Positions 1 to 6,634 of a stretch of 64,000 nucleotides of DNA are shown in pieces (position 1 is the stretch's first letter; each line of letters opens with the position of its first letter). Below the pieces are notes generated by a model, which had not been told where the DNA came from, ran no database searches, and was given only the letters and a program-made list of their open reading frames with translations. Location: the IMG/VR virus record IMGVR_UViG_3300018004_000004, positions 62,001 through 126,000 of that record; one strand, written 5' to 3'. A program made the translations under genes and the position numbers.

Positions 1-440
1 TCACCGGCGGCACGACCAACGTAACAGATTGGTCTTCTTCGGTCACAGGTGTTGCAACTGTTGGAGCTCACACAGGACTGGTCACAGCAGTAGCACCTGG
101 CTTGACAGTGATAACGGCCGCATCAGATGAAGTAGGCACCCTTACCACTACAGCAACGATTCAAGTAGGTTCGGTCGCAGCAGCAGATGTCACTTTCATA
201 TCGAACTTCTTCCTTGGTTTGATCAAAGGCGTGGCTTCACCATTTGAAGCCACTCAACAGACAGCGATCCAAACGGCGGTGGCCCACATGCAAACAGGGA
301 CCCTGACGACGGCTGATTTGAACTTGCTACAAAGTATCTTGAACGTGCAGTACCAGCAGTTGAATACAGCAGGACCGTACCAAGCCGGCCAGTTGGCAGC
401 AGTAAAGCAAGCCTTGGCGGACATACGATCTCTGTTATAA
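1..440 (+). CDS. 5'-truncated protein with bacterial Ig-like (Big_2-type) domain
   Basis: Frame is open from position 3 and reads ...DWSSSVTGVATVGAHTGLVTAVAPGLTVITAAS, matching the Big_2 pattern WxSS..VATV...GLVTAV..G...ITA. Helical C-terminus, TAA at 438-440. Confidence 0.7.
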   Translation, partial: TGGTTNVTDWSSSVTGVATVGAHTGLVTAVAPGLTVITAASDEVGTLTTTATIQVGSVAAADVTFISNFFLGLIKGVASPFEATQQTAIQTAVAHMQTGTLTTADLNLLQSILNVQYQQLNTAGPYQAGQLAAVKQALADIRSLL

Positions 441-541
441 TAGGACTTAGGGGATAGAGGGCCCCAAGGTCCTCTCTAGACCCAGCGTAGTTAGGCCTTG
501 GATGCCCTTCCTGGGCGCGCTGAGCGACAAAGGTCTGGAGA

Positions 542-1009
542 TTGACCTTGAAGCCATCCTGCAATGGTTGGGGCCTCCCAAAGGCCCACAGTAAGGACGA
601 GCTGATTAAGCTTGTGAAGCAGACGTTATCCTTACAGCCAGACTACTCAGTTATTGATCTGGACCTCCCCTCTAATCAACATGCCTGCCCACCTGACTCC
701 GATCTCGGAGTCTGGTTGGATACATGGCATCTATTTGTAGACATCCTAGGCTCGAGTGATGACGCAGAAGTTGGCATTCGGGCAGCTAGGCTTTTCCTCT
801 TTGAGATTAGCACAAAGTGTGCTAGTATGTTATTCAGTGCCGATGCTAGTAAGCCGCCTCTGGATCAGTTTGGCTCGCCAGGCAAGTGCCTAGAGCTGCT
901 GTTCAATGAGAGCTCGTGTTATACTAATATCAGGCCCATTGCTATTTACAAGGGTCGAAAAGTTTACCTGGGCACGGAGCCCTCATCAACAAAGTCTTAC
1001 ATTCCTTAA
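542..1009 (+). CDS. hypothetical protein (start uncertain)
   Basis: 155-aa ORF co-directional with neighbours; TTG start; no recognised motif. Confidence 0.4.
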   Translation: MTLKPSCNGWGLPKAHSKDELIKLVKQTLSLQPDYSVIDLDLPSNQHACPPDSDLGVWLDTWHLFVDILGSSDDAEVGIRAARLFLFEISTKCASMLFSADASKPPLDQFGSPGKCLELLFNESSCYTNIRPIAIYKGRKVYLGTEPSSTKSYIP

Positions 1010-1025
1010 GGAGGAACGAGATCAA

Positions 1026-1247
1026 ATGATTACTTTAGGAGTTTTCGTAGCAGTAGCAGTTGCAGAGCTCGCAGTATTCTGCGGCGGTTTCTACGCTGGT
1101 GTGAAGTTGGGCATCGGTGAGCCGGAGAAGCTGTTGGCCGAACTTAAGAACGATGTTCTCGTTCTTCATACCAAGGCTACGGCAGATGTCGAAGTTGCCA
1201 AGACTTGGGTTCTCGCTGAGGTCGCAAAGATCAAGGCAAAGTTGTAA
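1026..1247 (+). CDS. small single-pass membrane protein
   Basis: AAGGAGG RBS before ATG 1026; hydrophobic N-terminus MITLGVFVAVAVAELAVFCGGFYAG followed by an amphipathic helix. Confidence 0.75.
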   Translation: MITLGVFVAVAVAELAVFCGGFYAGVKLGIGEPEKLLAELKNDVLVLHTKATADVEVAKTWVLAEVAKIKAKL

Positions 1248-1256
1248 ATCGTAATC

Positions 1257-1595
1257 CCCTCCAGCAGGCGCTCCCGCCTGTCGATGGAGGGAAATGGCCG
1301 CGACCTTAAGACGCGGCAACAGTGGAGCAGCGTAGAGGTCATTCCTCTCTGTGAACCACTCGAAATGAACGTGGCGGAATAGTTCGTCCTAGCTATACAA
1401 TAACGTCGGCAAGGCCCGGGCGGTAGCCTTAAAAAGCGCTGTCCGGTTGAATCAGGGCCGGGGTCAAGGCTGGGGGAAGTAAACGCGCGGGGATAAAGCG
1501 GGCTGGCCTTATGGTCAGTACTCATCGGAACCCGTGACCGTCGGTTGAGAAAAGGTCATTGCGTGGTGGAGACGGGAATCCACGCCGTTCATTTC
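1257..1595 (+). ncRNA. candidate large structured ncRNA, family unassigned
   Basis: No credible ORF. Hairpins at 1257-1291, 1298-1316 and 1321-1360. A perfect 10-bp long-range helix GAAATGAACG (1362-1371)/CGTTCATTTC (1586-1595) encloses further hairpins. Confidence 0.6.
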
Positions 1596-1609
1596 ATTTC
1601 ATTTTCTGT

Positions 1610-1698
1610 TGCGGGGTCGACTAGTCAGGCCGATGTCGCCAGTCTCATAAACTGGAACCGAAAGGGCACCGTGGGTTCGAATCCCACCTCCGCTACCA
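1610..1698 (+). tRNA. tRNA-Met(CAT), initiator-like acceptor with long variable arm
   Basis: Cloverleaf; anticodon arm CCAGT-CTCATAA-ACTGG; T arm GTGGG-TTCGAAT-CCCAC; encoded CCA; U1.U72 mismatch. Confidence 0.9.
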
Positions 1699-1712
1699 TC
1701 TTAGTTGTAAGC

Positions 1713-1784
1713 CTAGGGGTAGCTTAAGATCGAAAGCCCCGGATAGTACCGGGAGATACCGGACCGAGACCGGGCCCCTAAACC
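1713..1784 (+). ncRNA. non-canonical tRNA-like RNA (6-nt anticodon loop, no TTC) or tRNA pseudogene
   Basis: TAGGGG/CCCCTA acceptor; GCTT/AAGC D stem; CCCGG-ATAGTA-CCGGG; T arm CCGG-ACCGAGA-CCGG. Confidence 0.65.
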
Positions 1785-1799
1785 TTTAAGGAGACGACC

Positions 1800-1997
1800 A
1801 TGAAACGAGTCGCAACTGTAGTTGCTAATGATGGAAACACACGTACGAAAATCACGATCGAAGTGAACAACAAGGGACGTGATTTGACGCGCGACGAAGT
1901 GAAGCATGTAGTTGATCGCCTCACTGGTGACGTCTTCGCCGCGGTACAGAAGACTCCATACAGCAACTATCCCGTCACCGAAATCAAGGTGAAATAA
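1800..1997 (+). CDS. hypothetical protein
   Basis: AAGGAG RBS, ATG, 65 aa. Confidence 0.8.
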   Translation: MKRVATVVANDGNTRTKITIEVNNKGRDLTRDEVKHVVDRLTGDVFAAVQKTPYSNYPVTEIKVK

Positions 1998-2009
1998 GTT
2001 CTGCAGGCC

Positions 2010-2079
2010 GTAGGGTTGGTGCAATGGTTAGAATACCGGCTTTGGACCGGAGATATCCGTTCGATTCGGATACCCTGCA
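2010..2079 (+). tRNA. tRNA-Gln(TTG), degenerate copy without encoded CCA
   Basis: GTAGGGT/ACCCTGC acceptor; CCGG-CTTTGGA-CCGG; ATCCG-TTCGATT-CGGAT; weak D stem. Confidence 0.7.
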
Positions 2080-2090
2080 ATGAGATTAGT

Positions 2091-2137
2091 GCCGACAGCT
2101 GTCCCAGTGCAACATTGGCGGCCGTTCTGGGGTCGGC
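2091..2137 (+). other. intergenic stem-loop between tRNAs
   Basis: GCCGAC/GTCGGC closing stem with inner CCAGTG-CAA-CATTGG hairpin. Confidence 0.4.
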
Positions 2138-2150
2138 CTTGGATTTATGT

Positions 2151-2228
2151 GCCGTGTTAACTCAGTCCGGTCAGAGTGCCTCTCTTACAAAGAGGAAGTC
2201 CGAGGTTCAAATCCTTGACGCGGTACCA
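2151..2228 (+). tRNA. tRNA-Val(TAC)
   Basis: CCTCT-CTTACAA-AGAGG; GTTCAAATC; CCA end. Confidence 0.95.
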
Positions 2229-2244
2229 GATTTAAAGAGGGCAG

Positions 2245-2586
2245 ATGTTAGAGACCCCAAAAGAAGTGCTCGGTGAGGGATATCCTCTGCCAACAGAGCA
2301 GGCGCGTAAGGAAACAGCGCCCATCTGGGAACGAGCATTTGAGATACATGCGACGGCACATGTAGGTGATAGTCGCTTCCACGAAGGGAGCATGCTCCCA
2401 GTGAGAGGAGATGAGTATCACAACGGTACTCCCTACTGTGACTGTTACATGCGAGCCTGGCTGGAGTTTCATGATCCTGTAAAGATAGCAGAACCCCAGG
2501 CTATAGTGCGTGAGAAAGAACGACTACGCGAGCTAGAAGAAGAGAGACAGAAGTTCGCGATAGAATACTTTGAGAGAGTTGTATGA
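2245..2586 (+). CDS. hypothetical protein
   Basis: 113-aa ORF, GAGG RBS, ATGA overlap with the next gene. Confidence 0.7.
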   Translation: MLETPKEVLGEGYPLPTEQARKETAPIWERAFEIHATAHVGDSRFHEGSMLPVRGDEYHNGTPYCDCYMRAWLEFHDPVKIAEPQAIVREKERLRELEEERQKFAIEYFERVV

Positions 2587-3482
2587 TCATCGAGCAGGGT
2601 GAATGCAATCTTAAGGATTGGATCAAAGAGGTCGGCATGTCCGGCCGTATGCAGTCTGTCCTTATTGCTTCTTTCCGCGGCGCTGATTCAGACGACTCAC
2701 CGGAAGTAAAGAGAGTCGTACGTTGGATCCGTAAGCAGTGCATCAAGCTGAACAATCCAAGATCTCATTTCATGAGAGACACGGAGTTCATTGATATTAA
2801 AGCTCTTATGGATCAAGATGCCTGGCAATGGGATCGTTTGAAGACACACTTCTACGATCACCTGAAGCAGGCATTGGCAGTCATAGCATTCTTTCATCCT
2901 GATGAGTGGGTGCAGGCAAAAGCACTTAAGGCCTACCACGATCTGACAGAGCACGAGAGCATTGTGCCCGAGGACCGTGTAGACTTGGTCTCGCGATTGG
3001 CAGATACTAAACCGATCGCGCGCGGTGAATGGGTAGTGCAGGACTGGGTCCTGCAGTTGAGTGGTAAGATGCAATCAGCTTTGTTCTGCGCTATGCGCGG
3101 ATCCGATATCTCTACGGAAGATGAAGTCCGAAGATTAACACGCTGGCTGCGTTGGGTAGTCATGAGAGATGTAATGCCAGAGTCGCATTACATGAAAGAC
3201 AGAGAGTTTATGAGCTTAAAGGTCAGATTCGAAATGTATCCATCGGAGTGGGGTAACCTGCCGATTCACTTCCGGCACCACACCCGAGAAGCGCTCGAGA
3301 TCGTGGGATACATGCATCCGGATAAAGACATCCGTGAACGCGCTCTGGCCGCGTATGAAGATATTTGTAAGAAGTCTAAGGGCAAGCCAGAAACAAAGTC
3401 CATCCTGGTAAATCGTATGAAAGATGAGCCGGGCAGGACTGCTGATCCAAATCAGCAACGAACCAACCTTCCGGTAGCTTAA
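2583..3482 (+). CDS. phage protein made of two tandem copies of a ~135-aa helical domain
   Basis: Both halves share DW..SG(R/K)MQS...RG.D...EV.R..RW.R...SH(F/Y)M.D.EF...HF..H...AL......HPD...R(L/M).D. Confidence 0.85.
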   Translation: MIIEQGECNLKDWIKEVGMSGRMQSVLIASFRGADSDDSPEVKRVVRWIRKQCIKLNNPRSHFMRDTEFIDIKALMDQDAWQWDRLKTHFYDHLKQALAVIAFFHPDEWVQAKALKAYHDLTEHESIVPEDRVDLVSRLADTKPIARGEWVVQDWVLQLSGKMQSALFCAMRGSDISTEDEVRRLTRWLRWVVMRDVMPESHYMKDREFMSLKVRFEMYPSEWGNLPIHFRHHTREALEIVGYMHPDKDIRERALAAYEDICKKSKGKPETKSILVNRMKDEPGRTADPNQQRTNLPVA

Positions 3483-3485
3483 CAC

Positions 3486-3561
3486 TGGTAGGTGGTGCAA
3501 ATGGTAGTCACGCCGGGCCTTGAACCCGGAGATCCTGGTTCGAATCCAGGCCTACCAACCA
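3486..3561 (+). tRNA. tRNA-Gln(TTG) with C33
   Basis: CCGGG-CCTTGAA-CCCGG; CCTGG-TTCGAAT-CCAGG; CCA. Confidence 0.92.
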
Positions 3562-3562
3562 T

Positions 3563-3637
3563 GGGTTCGTAGCTTAAAGGTAGAGCAACCGCCTTTTAAG
3601 CGGTGGAATGCTGGTTCAAATCCAGCCGGACCCACCA
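3563..3637 (+). tRNA. tRNA-Lys(TTT)
   Basis: ACCGC-CTTTTAA-GCGGT; CCA. Confidence 0.95.
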
Positions 3638-3638
3638 C

Positions 3639-3718
3639 GCTCCATTAGCTCAGCGGAAACCAAGAGCACTCGGCTACGGACCGAGGGGTCGGGAGTTCGA
3701 ATCTCTCATGGAGCACCA
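3639..3718 (+). tRNA. tRNA-Arg(ACG)
   Basis: CTCGG-CTACGGA-CCGAG; CCA. Confidence 0.95.
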
Positions 3719-3726
3719 AGTTTCGC

Positions 3727-3802
3727 GGGCTTGTAGCTCAGACGGAAGAGCAGCGGAGTTCTAACCCGCAGGCAGAGAGTTCGAATCTCTCCAAGCTCGC
3801 CA
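3727..3802 (+). tRNA. tRNA-Arg(TCT)
   Basis: GCGGA-GTTCTAA-CCCGC (G32, A.C at 31:39); CCA. Confidence 0.9.
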
Positions 3803-3812
3803 AGATTTACGT

Positions 3813-3887
3813 TGCCTACTCGTTTAACTGGTAGGACGCCAGCCTCTGGAGCTGGATATGAAGGTTCGAGTCCTTCGAAGGCAACCA
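3813..3887 (+). tRNA. tRNA-Gln(CTG)
   Basis: CCAGC-CTCTGGA-GCTGG; CCA. Confidence 0.93.
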
Positions 3888-3898
3888 CATATTTACTA

Positions 3899-3973
3899 GC
3901 CATGGTAGCTCCAATGTAGAGCTGCGCACCTGTAATGCGCGGGTTGGGGGTTCAAGTCCCTCCCATGGCTCCA
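3899..3973 (+). tRNA. tRNA-Thr(TGT) with C33
   Basis: GCGCA-CCTGTAA-TGCGC; GCCATGG/CCATGGC acceptor, U73, CCA; D loop lacks GG. Confidence 0.92.
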
Positions 3974-3983
3974 CGAGGTCACA

Positions 3984-4196
3984 ATGAACCAAGGAAGACC
4001 AGCACCGAAGCAATGCCCGTCAGTGGGTCAAGGTGTCACCTTGGTTGCAGGCTACACCCAGATGATGCTGGGCGCCAGGGTGAACAAGACGTGGAACCCA
4101 ACTACAAGACAGTGGGAGTTCATGAGCCGGCCGGCCCTCACAGAAGGAACCAACGGCGGCAAGAGATTCGCATTTGGGCCATCTAAGCTGATCTAA
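3984..4196 (+). CDS. hypothetical protein
   Basis: GAGGT RBS, ATG, 70 aa, fills an inter-tRNA gap. Confidence 0.65.
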   Translation: MNQGRPAPKQCPSVGQGVTLVAGYTQMMLGARVNKTWNPTTRQWEFMSRPALTEGTNGGKRFAFGPSKLI

Positions 4197-4199
4197 GTA

Positions 4200-4208
4200 T
4201 GGTATAAT
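4200..4208 (+). promoter_or_regulatory. extended -10 promoter element TGGTATAAT
   Basis: Exact TGnTATAAT in an intergenic position; the same 9-mer recurs at 8367. Confidence 0.6.
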
Positions 4209-4214
4209 GGGTTT

Positions 4215-4379
4215 GTGTTCAACCCAATCTATCCGACCTGCTCTAAGTGGTGGCGCGCTGTTTTCCGGCTGCGCACCATAGAAAGAGATGGAAGCTTTCA
4301 GATACGCTGTAGATTGGTGAAATCAGATAAGTGTTGTCGGTTCTATTGGTTAGTTATACGTAGGCAACTACTATACTAA
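4215..4379 (+). CDS. possible leaderless small protein (54 aa)
   Basis: GTG 7 nt after TATAAT; MFNPIYPTCSKWWRAVFRLRT...LLY*. Confidence 0.35.
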   Translation: MFNPIYPTCSKWWRAVFRLRTIERDGSFQIRCRLVKSDKCCRFYWLVIRRQLLY

Positions 4380-4384
4380 TCAGG
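4368..4384 (+). promoter_or_regulatory. putative phage promoter motif CTACTATACTAATCAGG
   Basis: 17-mer identical to the reverse complement of 63212-63228; lies just upstream of tRNA-Gly. Confidence 0.6.
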
Positions 4385-4391
4385 GGTACGA

Positions 4392-4465
4392 GCGAGGTTG
4401 GTATAGTGGTAGCACGTGACCTTGCCAAGGTCGAGGCACCGGTTCGAATCCGGTACTTCGCTCCA
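4392..4465 (+). tRNA. tRNA-Gly(GCC)
   Basis: TGACC-TTGCCAA-GGTCG; U73; CCA. Confidence 0.95.
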
Positions 4466-4472
4466 GGATCTT

Positions 4473-4595
4473 ATGCTAGCTTATGCAATAACTTGCACTG
4501 TTCTAATGGCTGCTGTTTACTTCGCGCCATTCTGCAAGAAAGGGTTTCGACCCGACCAATCACCAAAGTACACGGTGGGTCCTCTTAAGGGATAA
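4473..4595 (+). CDS. small membrane peptide (40 aa)
   Basis: MLAYAITCTVLMAAVYFAPFCKKGFRPDQSPKYTVGPLKG*; exactly fills the gap between the two tRNA-Gly genes. Confidence 0.55.
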   Translation: MLAYAITCTVLMAAVYFAPFCKKGFRPDQSPKYTVGPLKG

Positions 4596-4604
4596 TCGGG
4601 ACCA

Positions 4605-4680
4605 GCGGCTGTGATGTTAACGGCCAGCATGTCTGCCTTCCAAGCAGAATGTATCGGTTCGAATCCGATTAGCCGCTCCA
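4605..4680 (+). tRNA. tRNA-Gly(TCC)
   Basis: TCTGC-CTTCCAA-GCAGA; U73; CCA. Confidence 0.95.
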
Positions 4681-4687
4681 AGCTCTC

Positions 4688-4772
4688 GAAGCACGGTAAG
4701 GGTCATGGCCCTACACGGACGCATACGGATGATGTACCATGAGCCGTCCGGCGCAGCCGCATTACGTGCTTC
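4688..4772 (+). ncRNA. candidate small multi-branched RNA (non-tRNA cloverleaf)
   Basis: GAAGCACG/CGTGCTTC closing stem; inner arms AGGGT/GCCCT, CGGACG/CGTCCG, GCG/CGC. Confidence 0.55.
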
Positions 4773-4776
4773 CCGG

Positions 4777-4853
4777 GCCTCCGTAGCTCAGCCTAGCAGA
4801 GCACCGGGCATCTAACCCGGGGGTCATCCGCGAAACACGGATCGGGGGCTCCA
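4777..4853 (+). ncRNA. non-canonical tRNA-like RNA (nominal TCT anticodon, A33, no D-loop GG, no TTC)
   Basis: All four stems pair (GCCTCCG/CGGGGGC, GCTC/GAGC, CCGGG/CCCGG, ATCCG/CGGAT) and CCA is encoded; loops are AGCCTAGCA, CATCTAA and CGAAACA. Confidence 0.8.
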
Positions 4854-4858
4854 CGATC

Positions 4859-5062
4859 TTGCCTCTGGCTCCTCGTAAGAGGGGTAGTTCAAAGCTCACA
4901 GGGGCGCCAAGTGTAGTAGATGTAATCCGAGTCGCCGATCTTGACGACCTTCAAAGTGAGGTACACCGATGTTCAAACAACATCGGCACCGCCATCTTCA
5001 TCATCGCCACTACGGAAGAGGGCTATATCTTCTACTGGAGTGGGAAGGTGACGGAGTGGTAG
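4859..5062 (+). CDS. hypothetical protein
   Basis: 67-aa ORF, TTG start, fills the gap. Confidence 0.45.
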   Translation: MPLAPRKRGSSKLTGAPSVVDVIRVADLDDLQSEVHRCSNNIGTAIFIIATTEEGYIFYWSGKVTEW

Positions 5063-5085
5063 TGTCTTCCTTAGGAGGAACGTTA

Positions 5086-5466
5086 ATGATTCAAGTATCA
5101 GACAGTTTGCTTTCAAATCTCGCGTTGGCACTCGTTGACCAGCTCGGTTTCCCAGCCAATCTGGATGGCGTAACTGCAGTATGGTCGATCGACAACGCGA
5201 ATGTTGGTTCCATTGTGGGCAACAACTTCGCAGCTGTGTTCACACCTGGAACAGATTTGACCGACGTCGGAACCATCACAGCAGCCGTGAGCATCAATGG
5301 CACGTTTGCTTTCAATGTAACCGTCCAGGTCCAGGTTGTATCTGGTGCACCAGTGAGTGGTACAATCACACTGAGTGGCACTTCTCCTCTGCCGGCCGCT
5401 GCACCCGCAGCCCCAGCAGCTCCAGCAGCCCCTGCAGCCCCAGCGGCAACAGGCGCAACAGCCTAA
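5086..5466 (+). CDS. beta-rich (Ig-like) protein with (PAA)n tail
   Basis: TAGGAGG RBS before ATG 5086; alternating beta-strand pattern with WSIDN; C-terminal PAAAPAAPAAPAAPAAPAA. Confidence 0.8.
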   Translation: MIQVSDSLLSNLALALVDQLGFPANLDGVTAVWSIDNANVGSIVGNNFAAVFTPGTDLTDVGTITAAVSINGTFAFNVTVQVQVVSGAPVSGTITLSGTSPLPAAAPAAPAAPAAPAAPAATGATA

Positions 5467-5479
5467 AGTAGTCCTAAGT

Positions 5480-5506
5480 CCTGAGGGGTGAGTAAGGCCC
5501 CTCAGG
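5480..5506 (+). other. stable hairpin after the gene (terminator or processing signal)
   Basis: CCTGAGGGG/CCCCTCAGG 9-bp stem, no U tract. Confidence 0.5.
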
Positions 5507-5527
5507 CAGAGATTAGAAGTATAAGAT

Positions 5528-5660
5528 TGGTAGCGCGAAAAGCGACAGGTAGCCCCTCTGTATACCGAGGGCAGGTGCTGAATCGTCCCAGACGTGGGGT
5601 GATTTGGAAGTTGGTCCACCGGAAGGCCAGCGCGGTTGTCGTGTAAGCCGTGCGCTATTG
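5528..5660 (+). ncRNA. candidate ~130-nt multi-branched RNA
   Basis: TAGCGC/GCGCTA and GCGACAG/TTGTCGT nested closing stems enclose three hairpins (5552-5572, 5581-5604, 5610-5631). Confidence 0.6.
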
Positions 5661-5678
5661 ATATTCCAAGAGGTTGCT

Positions 5679-5810
5679 ATGTGCACAATGAAGTGTCCTG
5701 TGTGCGGTAAGCAGGTTAGCAAACCTCAGCCTAAAGACGAGTTCGTCTGCCCATGTGGTTGGCGATCGGAAGCAAAAAAGAACAACGGAGAACATCATGA
5801 AGAACAGTAA
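5679..5810 (+). CDS. small zinc-ribbon protein
   Basis: GAGGT RBS; MKCPVCGK...FVCPCGW. Confidence 0.7.
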   Translation: MCTMKCPVCGKQVSKPQPKDEFVCPCGWRSEAKKNNGEHHEEQ

Positions 5811-5952
5811 CGGGTCTAAGACACCTCCAGCACAACTTAGCAAGACCCCGTATATCGGCGACCCGATCTTCGCGTCACCGACCACACACAAGGCAAAGGC
5901 CATCAAGCCTACTCAGCCGAAGGTGGCAAACTCGGGCGTCAAAAAGGGCTAA
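5797..5952 (+). CDS. small Lys/Pro-rich basic protein
   Basis: GGAG RBS; MKNSNGSKTPPAQLSKTPYIG...GVKKG. Confidence 0.7.
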   Translation: MKNSNGSKTPPAQLSKTPYIGDPIFASPTTHKAKAIKPTQPKVANSGVKKG

Positions 5953-5965
5953 GCCGGCAACGGTA

Positions 5966-6088
5966 ATGGCCCTCAGAAAGAAAGCGAAGAAGGCCTCATG
6001 GTTTAACCATGGGGCCACTCGACTAGCCGCGGCTACAGTACAAATGTACAAGCCGCAGAAGCCATTACCGCAACCCAAAGCAAAGTAA
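5966..6088 (+). CDS. small basic peptide (40 aa)
   Basis: MALRKKAKKASWFNHGATRLAAATVQMYKPQKPLPQPKAK*. Confidence 0.55.
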   Translation: MALRKKAKKASWFNHGATRLAAATVQMYKPQKPLPQPKAK

Positions 6089-6121
6089 TACTCCCACCTT
6101 TGGCTTGCCGTCCTGGCAGGC

Positions 6122-6127
6122 TATAAT
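6122..6127 (+). promoter_or_regulatory. -10 element TATAAT upstream of tRNA-Asn
   Basis: Consensus hexamer, intergenic; -35 weak. Confidence 0.45.
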
Positions 6128-6145
6128 ACAACATAGAGATTCTAC

Positions 6146-6221
6146 TGGAGTGTGGCTCAACCGGTACAGCATCTGGCCGTTAACCAGACACTTGGGGGTT
6201 CGAGTCCCTCTGCTCCAGCCA
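6146..6221 (+). tRNA. tRNA-Asn(GTT) with C33
   Basis: TCTGG-CCGTTAA-CCAGA; G73; CCA. Confidence 0.92.
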
Positions 6222-6226
6222 AGCTT

Positions 6227-6625
6227 ATGAAAGAGACGCCCAAAGTAGAGAAGCGCATATACGTTGTCCTCCCTTCATTCGTCATATCACCGACGATGTT
6301 CCTAAGAGAGGTCATTCCGATGTCCTGCGGCCGCTGTATAGCACAGGCATGTCATGTGGTATCGAAGCTGAAGCTGAGACTTAAACTGGATCCCGATGAA
6401 GAACACACAACCATCGTCCTCAAAGTCGTTGACAGCGACGAGCTGGAAAAAGTCCGTGATAAGATCTCACGCTCGCGTCTTCCGTGGGAAGAGTTTCGCG
6501 ATACCAACCCCGGGTACTATAAGACTGAAAAGTCCATCCTAACCGCGGTTGCTGTTTGTTGTTCGAGAAAGAAAGGTAAGTCACTGTTCCATGGCTACGA
6601 TGCCTGGCAGTGTGATGTGGAGTAA
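6227..6625 (+). CDS. peptidyl-tRNA hydrolase, Pth2 family
   Basis: MSCGRCIAQACH, IVLKVVDSDELE, EFRD and LTAVA match Pth2 motifs (MS.GK..AQ..HA; K.VLK.....EL; I.D; T...GP). The true start is ATG 6227, after tRNA-Asn. Confidence 0.82.
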   Translation: MKETPKVEKRIYVVLPSFVISPTMFLREVIPMSCGRCIAQACHVVSKLKLRLKLDPDEEHTTIVLKVVDSDELEKVRDKISRSRLPWEEFRDTNPGYYKTEKSILTAVAVCCSRKKGKSLFHGYDAWQCDVE

Positions 6626-6634
6626 ACTCGTGAA

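Noticed and set aside
502-594. Short ORF MPFLGALSDKGLEIDLEAILQWLGPPKGPQ possibly frameshifting into 542-1009
   Set aside because: Joining needs a +1 shift with no clear signal; this cannot be told apart from chance or a sequence error.
4777-4853. Amber suppressor / tRNA-Pyl reading (CTA inside loop CATCTAA)
   Set aside because: With the 5-bp stem the central triplet is TCT, not CTA. The arm lengths do not match tRNA-Pyl, and TAG appears to act as a stop here (e.g. 9743).
5398-5448. 9-bp quasi-tandem repeat as a regulatory or mobile repeat
   Set aside because: It encodes the (PAA)n tail, with synonymous variation between units.
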